From assembly GCF_000181795.1 (NCBI RefSeq), contig NW_003526940.1, positions 1,027,527 through 1,091,526 of the forward strand: a DNA stretch of 64,000 nt. Direction: 5' to 3'. This DNA is from Trichinella spiralis (taxonomy: Eukaryota). This document shows positions 58,701 through 64,000 of this stretch, piece after piece. The notes under the pieces were generated by a model. The model was given only the letters and a program-made list of their open reading frames with translations, was not told the DNA's origin and searched no databases. A program made the translations under genes and the position numbers. Within the stretch, counting starts at the first letter, position 1; each line of letters opens with the position of its first letter.

Positions 58701-61700
58701 CTTTGCTTTTCTGAGGTCAGCGTTCCGCGTGGCCGACGCTTGACCATCAGCCTCAGCGCAATCCCTTCGTGATTTCCACCAACGGTCAAATGGCCAGCGC
58801 CTGCCAGATAGCCGATCGGCCTTTCAAACAATAGAGGAGGAGCGACTGACCATTTAACGTTTGCCGTAAAAGCAGAGCGGTGTCGACGACACTGTCAAAA
58901 ATCGACAGCATCGGCGCCAAGGTGGTGACCCAAGGAAGCGGATTACAACGCAAAGGATCCGATTACAGCGTTCGATGGTCGTTGTCCACCCGTCGAGTCA
59001 ATTGACCGTAGACAATCTGTGTCCGGCGCCCTCAAGGGCAGATTAATTACTTCCATCGGTCACTCTTCCCTTTTCTACCTCTTTTCCGCCTTTTATACTT
59101 TCGCGGCTCAACCGTCAAAAGTACCAAAAACGGCGCCTTCTCATATACAGTGGACATGTGAGAAAAGGCCCGATTGACCAATAGTTGGACTGGTCAAGCA
59201 GGTGCGCATGGTACGAGTTCAAATTGTCAATTTTCAAACTTCTGACCACCGGCAGATAACTGGCCTCTTTGATCCTCTTGATAAGATTTGCAAGCGGAAA
59301 CAGTGCATTCAATTCAACCGTCCACTTGGAAACATTGTAAAACTGTTCACTTCATGCATCCTTGAATTTCTGCTTAATAATACTCATTGTCACAACAATA
59401 ACCACATTTAATAATGAAACAAATGCTTGTAAAAACTGCACTAATACCTCTGAAAAATGATTGCATATTTTTGAAACTCTGGAAAAGACAAACAATTACA
59501 GCAATTAATTTTGATCAATTTAAATAAAATCAATTGCTTCACGTTATTAAATGCTTGCAAAAAGTAATTTAATAAAGTAATTCATGAAGTGAATTCTGTT
59601 TTAGCATAAAAAAACAATTTTTATTGCAATCTTTTTAAAGCGATACATTCTAAAGAAATCAATTTTCCGCGAATATCATTAAAATCTACGGTATAAATCG
59701 GGATTTTTTTTAATTTAGCGTTTTGAACTTCATGAAATATGCAAAATAGTGTATTGCCAGTTTTTTGGTTTCTTCTCATTTTATTGAAAATCAAAATTTC
59801 GAATAGAAAAAATGATTTAAGCAAATATCAGATTCAATTCTAAATACTCTGCAGGTTGTTTTGGTTGATTAGAAATTGACCATCCATTTGGCTTATTGAT
59901 AAGGGGGCGTCGGTGTCATTTACTAAGAATTGTAATCGTTCAATCACTTTAAACGCTTTTAACATTTTTATAAATAATTGCATAATTTTGATTCTATTGA
60001 AAATTAAGGCTTCTTCTTAAACGAAATTCAGCACACTCCACTGTTTGCACTTAGCTGAAGGTCGTCTGGCAATGATTAACAATTATTAAAATTTGGAAAA
60101 TCAGTTATTTCAATTTCTTATTCAAAGAAAATGTTTTACCAAAAAATTTTCAGAGATGCAGTGCGCAGTTCTGATTACTTCTGAATAAAAAGTATATTTT
60201 TGTTTAAAAAATTTCCAGCAAGTTATGCACAAATATGAAATATCTTTTACTCTTGAAAGATGAAAAAGTAAAAGCTTGAAAATATTAATGCGTTAAAAAA
60301 ATAGAAGATTGTATCAAAAGTAAAGTAGAAGGCATTGTTTAATAAACAAAGTTCAATAGCCGTGTTTGCGAGAAGTGAAATCAATTTAATCTACCGTAAG
60401 CATGCAAGAGGAAGCTTAGCATTTGCTGTTACCACAATAATAACGGACAAAGAAGTAAAATATTGCTGCTATTATTATCTGCTGTGTATTTTCACCAGTC
60501 ATTGTTGTTCAACTTTTGACAGCTATGGAAAAGTTCTAATCTGACCAAGTGGAATGAAAGTACGCTTGTTTCAAATTCGTCTCTAGGATTTTCAAATATT
60601 ATTTCACCTATTCTATAGGCTAGCAACATGATTACGTCACTCGTTGAAAGATTCATATGTTTATGTTTTACTTTTTAACAATTTTGCATTATTCCTTTAG
60701 TTAAGAAATATCCGAAGTTGCATTGTTTTACAGTAGTACTTACTAGAAATAACAGTACTCAAATTTAGATGCCGAATGTCCAGAATAATGTGAGCTTAAT
60801 TTAAAAGCAGTTCATTTGTTCTATGCAAGTGCCTTTCTTATTTTAGAATCACTCTTATTTACACGCAAAAATAAAAACTTTTCAACTGACTTCCTGATAA
60901 ATAGACTGGATAAGTAAAAACTAAGAAGCTGAAATGTGATAATAATAGTAGTAGCTAAAAGAAGTTGCTTAAACTTGCATTTGTACGCAATGTTAATATT
61001 CTTATTACTCATACTGATGTTAAAGAAAACTAAAAATAGTAAATAGTTCTTTGGAAATTAATTTCATACTGAAATTTCAAATAAATGTAATTTGTAAACA
61101 TATTATTTGCATAATACAATAAATATCAAAATTCATGCAAAGATTTGCAATAAAAATATTTTCATAAAATAGCTCTCTTTCATTGCAAATTGATATATTT
61201 TTTTCTTGAAAAAATATAAAATGTATACCAGCTTTTTTTACTCACCTTGCATGAATGAAAGATAAAAGCATTAAGCGAAATTCCATAAAAGAAATGTCAC
61301 TCACTTTAGGTATAAAGGTTAGCAAATCTTATTTCAATAATTGCAGTTTATTAAATTGAATTTTTATTCAAAAGAAGAAAAAAGAAATTTCTTTCGTTTC
61401 TTTAAATTTCATGCAAGATTTTTCAGCCTGCAAAAGAATATTTATCATTGCTTGAAATGATAAAATCACTCAACTTTGGGTAATCAACTTTTTAACGCTT
61501 GTTGAAATGAATTCCTTGAAGTGATCATATCAGATTATCAGTTGCGTTTAAATAATTGCTTTACTAGATTCATTTGTTATATTTTTTACTTTCAATCAGA
61601 TGAATAGAATGAAAAATGCATTTGCTTCGCAGATATACATATCAATCTCATAGGATATCTGTAATATCCCAGAAATCTATAATATCTGTGTAAAAGCTGT

Positions 61701-64000
61701 TAAACAAACTGTGACTTATGATGACATTTGATATGTTAATTTATAAAACTTTATTTAAAAAAGTTATCAATGTCATGTATTCATGAAATTTTTTTATTAT
61801 TCGAAATTTGATTTCAAAGGTGGATAATTTCGTACTGTTTACGAAGCTTTTGTTGCTTGCAAATTTTACAGAAAGATTCGATCGTTTGGTATGGATAATT
61901 TACAACGTTTACGTTTATCTACTGTGAAAGCTATTATCTGAAAAGTGACGACAGCTTTTAAATGCAACGTTTGATAAAAGTTTATTTGTCACAGTAGTCG
62001 AAGCAGTGCCGTCAAAAGTCAACTATTACTTTCTGACTATTATGCTGGCTAACAGTGAAATTGATTCACCAGTATTGATCTAAGCTGTTCACTTAGGCGA
62101 AGTTGACTACAGAGAAGAAACTGAAACCGTCTGTTCCATTTTTCAACGAAAGCTCCTACCTGGCAGTGTTCACAAACTTTTGTAAAGAAATTAATCCTAG
62201 TCATCAGTTGATTTACTGTGCTGTGTGGATGAGAGCAAAACTGATCCTAAAAATCAACAAATGTGATTCTAAGCTTTTCTGTCAAGTTTGTTTATCGCAG
62301 TAAAGCAGAAAATTCAAAATGAAACTACCTGCTGCTCTACGTCGACATGTTGAAACAGTAGCTAACTACAAAGAGCTGCCGATTTTCTACTTTTCGAATA
62401 ATTCCATTAGCAAATTTACTAAGCATTATCAAAATTACACTCTAAAAATTTCATGCAAAAAAAATATTTTTGTTCTAAACATTGCATTGTTTGTTTCTAT
62501 TTATATTGATCGATAGTATTTCAGCGCTTTAAATTCATTTGCATAATATACTTGACCAAATTATAATGCTTGCTATTTCATGCTAGATGTATCATTATAA
62601 GGTATTTAGCCTGTTGTATTGAAAATTTTTTTAAAAAATCATGGGTGCTTCTTCAAAATTTTGCAAATCACTCCGTTTTGTAGTAGTATTTTTTTCAACA
62701 ATGCAATCGGTTCTCTGCTAGTAATATTATTTACAAAAAAATTACAGCTCAACATATAGACTGATAGCATTCGGACAAGCAGTTTGAGTGTTCGAATATT
62801 TGAATGTAATGAATGTGATGAGCTGCTAGAAATGGAAATTCTCTTGAGTTTTCCTATTTGGCTTACTTGTGGGAGGAGAAAGTAAATTTGATAAATAGCT
62901 CTGACAACCGACGGCCACTAGTTGAAACTCATTTTGTGGGATTCTTAAAAAAGAAATATCTGAAATTTAAATTAATTTCTCAGAAAGGGAAAACATTTTT
63001 CTACTGCTTGTAAAATTGAAATAGCATATCAAATGATAGACCTCAACGTTGATGCAAATAAGCCTTTTTTTCCTTCTAGTTTGTCTTAATTAACTTATGC
63101 CTAATAAAAGGAAATGCATTCAAAATGTTATTCATTTTCAATTCATATGCGTATTTTGACATTCAGTTTATATTGTTTCATTAAATACTAACAATACAAT
63201 GAAAATTAAAAAAAGACACGAATATTTGCATAAAATTTGCAAGCTTTTGGAAAGAAAAATAAAACAAGCAAATATTATTTATATATATACATGTATGCAT
63301 TATTTCTTGGTTTTTTTTCTTTGAGATGTTAAAGAATTTATCAAATGATTGTTAATTTTTCAGTTTGAAAGCTACCGTAGAAGCAGTAATTTGGCAGCTG
63401 ATGACGTCCACGAGAACTTTGTTATGGGTTTTGTTTTTGTTTTGAACGCCAGCGGTGCGGAATAGCTGCTTATGTTCAGCTTCATGTTTCAGCATATCAT
63501 CGCTTATAAGTTGTTTGTGACGTTTCTGACAAGTGGAACGCGGACGCCTTGCGCCATAGGCGTTCGCATCAGGTGCCGAAACATTGGGCGCCGCTTTATG
63601 GGAACAAGTGTTGGCTAGCGTCGCGCCGGTGCCAGTAAGCTGACGCGTCGGAAAACAATGAAAGCTGACAAGTGTTCGGAACTGATTACTGGATTTTGTT
63701 GTTCTTTCCGGCGCCTGATGTTGCTGTCCTTCTGAACGAATCCACTGATGGACAGGTGCATGGCTCAGAGACCGCCGACCCCATCCGGCATGCAGAAATC
63801 GACACCAGCACGGCTTGTTTTCCAAGCCCAACAACACAACGCTCTTGCTTCATTCACAGTATGCCTGCCGATTTTGATGCTTTCCACCAGTCATCGTCAA
63901 CGCTTTAAACAGCTACTCAACGCCATGCCGCCCTTTTCACGCTGACACTGTCAATAGGATACTAATGAAACGTCAACCTCTTGAAAATATTCGTGCCAAG

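Overview
Eukaryotic, very AT-rich, intron-rich genomic DNA with short GT-AG introns and TTTTCAG/TTTTAG acceptors. Gene content points to a nematode, most likely clade I (Trichinella-like); this is an inference from the two-domain serine protease and gene style. Genes I could splice by hand: a secreted serine protease with two chymotrypsin-fold domains (+, 2872-5897; domain 1 has His->Arg), intronless carnosine N-methyltransferase (-), syntaxin-1/unc-64 with alternative transmembrane last exons (-), Spt3/SUPT3H-like (-), a 7TM receptor-like gene (-), SCOC/unc-69 (+), an unusually divergent mago nashi (-), BCAS3/rudhira (+, 20 exons including a 111-codon acidic exon missed by the ORF track) and a Tbx2/3 (tbx-2/omb) T-box gene (-). 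The T-box gene is flanked by long gene-free regions with GC-richer motif islands. Mobile DNA: degenerate piggyBac fragments, a foldback-type long inverted repeat, two hAT MITEs, a pogo/Tigger 5' end, a decayed Ty3/gypsy pol and a possible solo LTR. Best leads: BCAS3 next to Tbx2/3 (as in vertebrates), the divergent Mago, splice-regulatory motifs around the syntaxin terminal exons, and a U12-type 5' splice-site motif. Nothing seen proves a wholly new system. All identifications are by eye and from memory; no searches were run.
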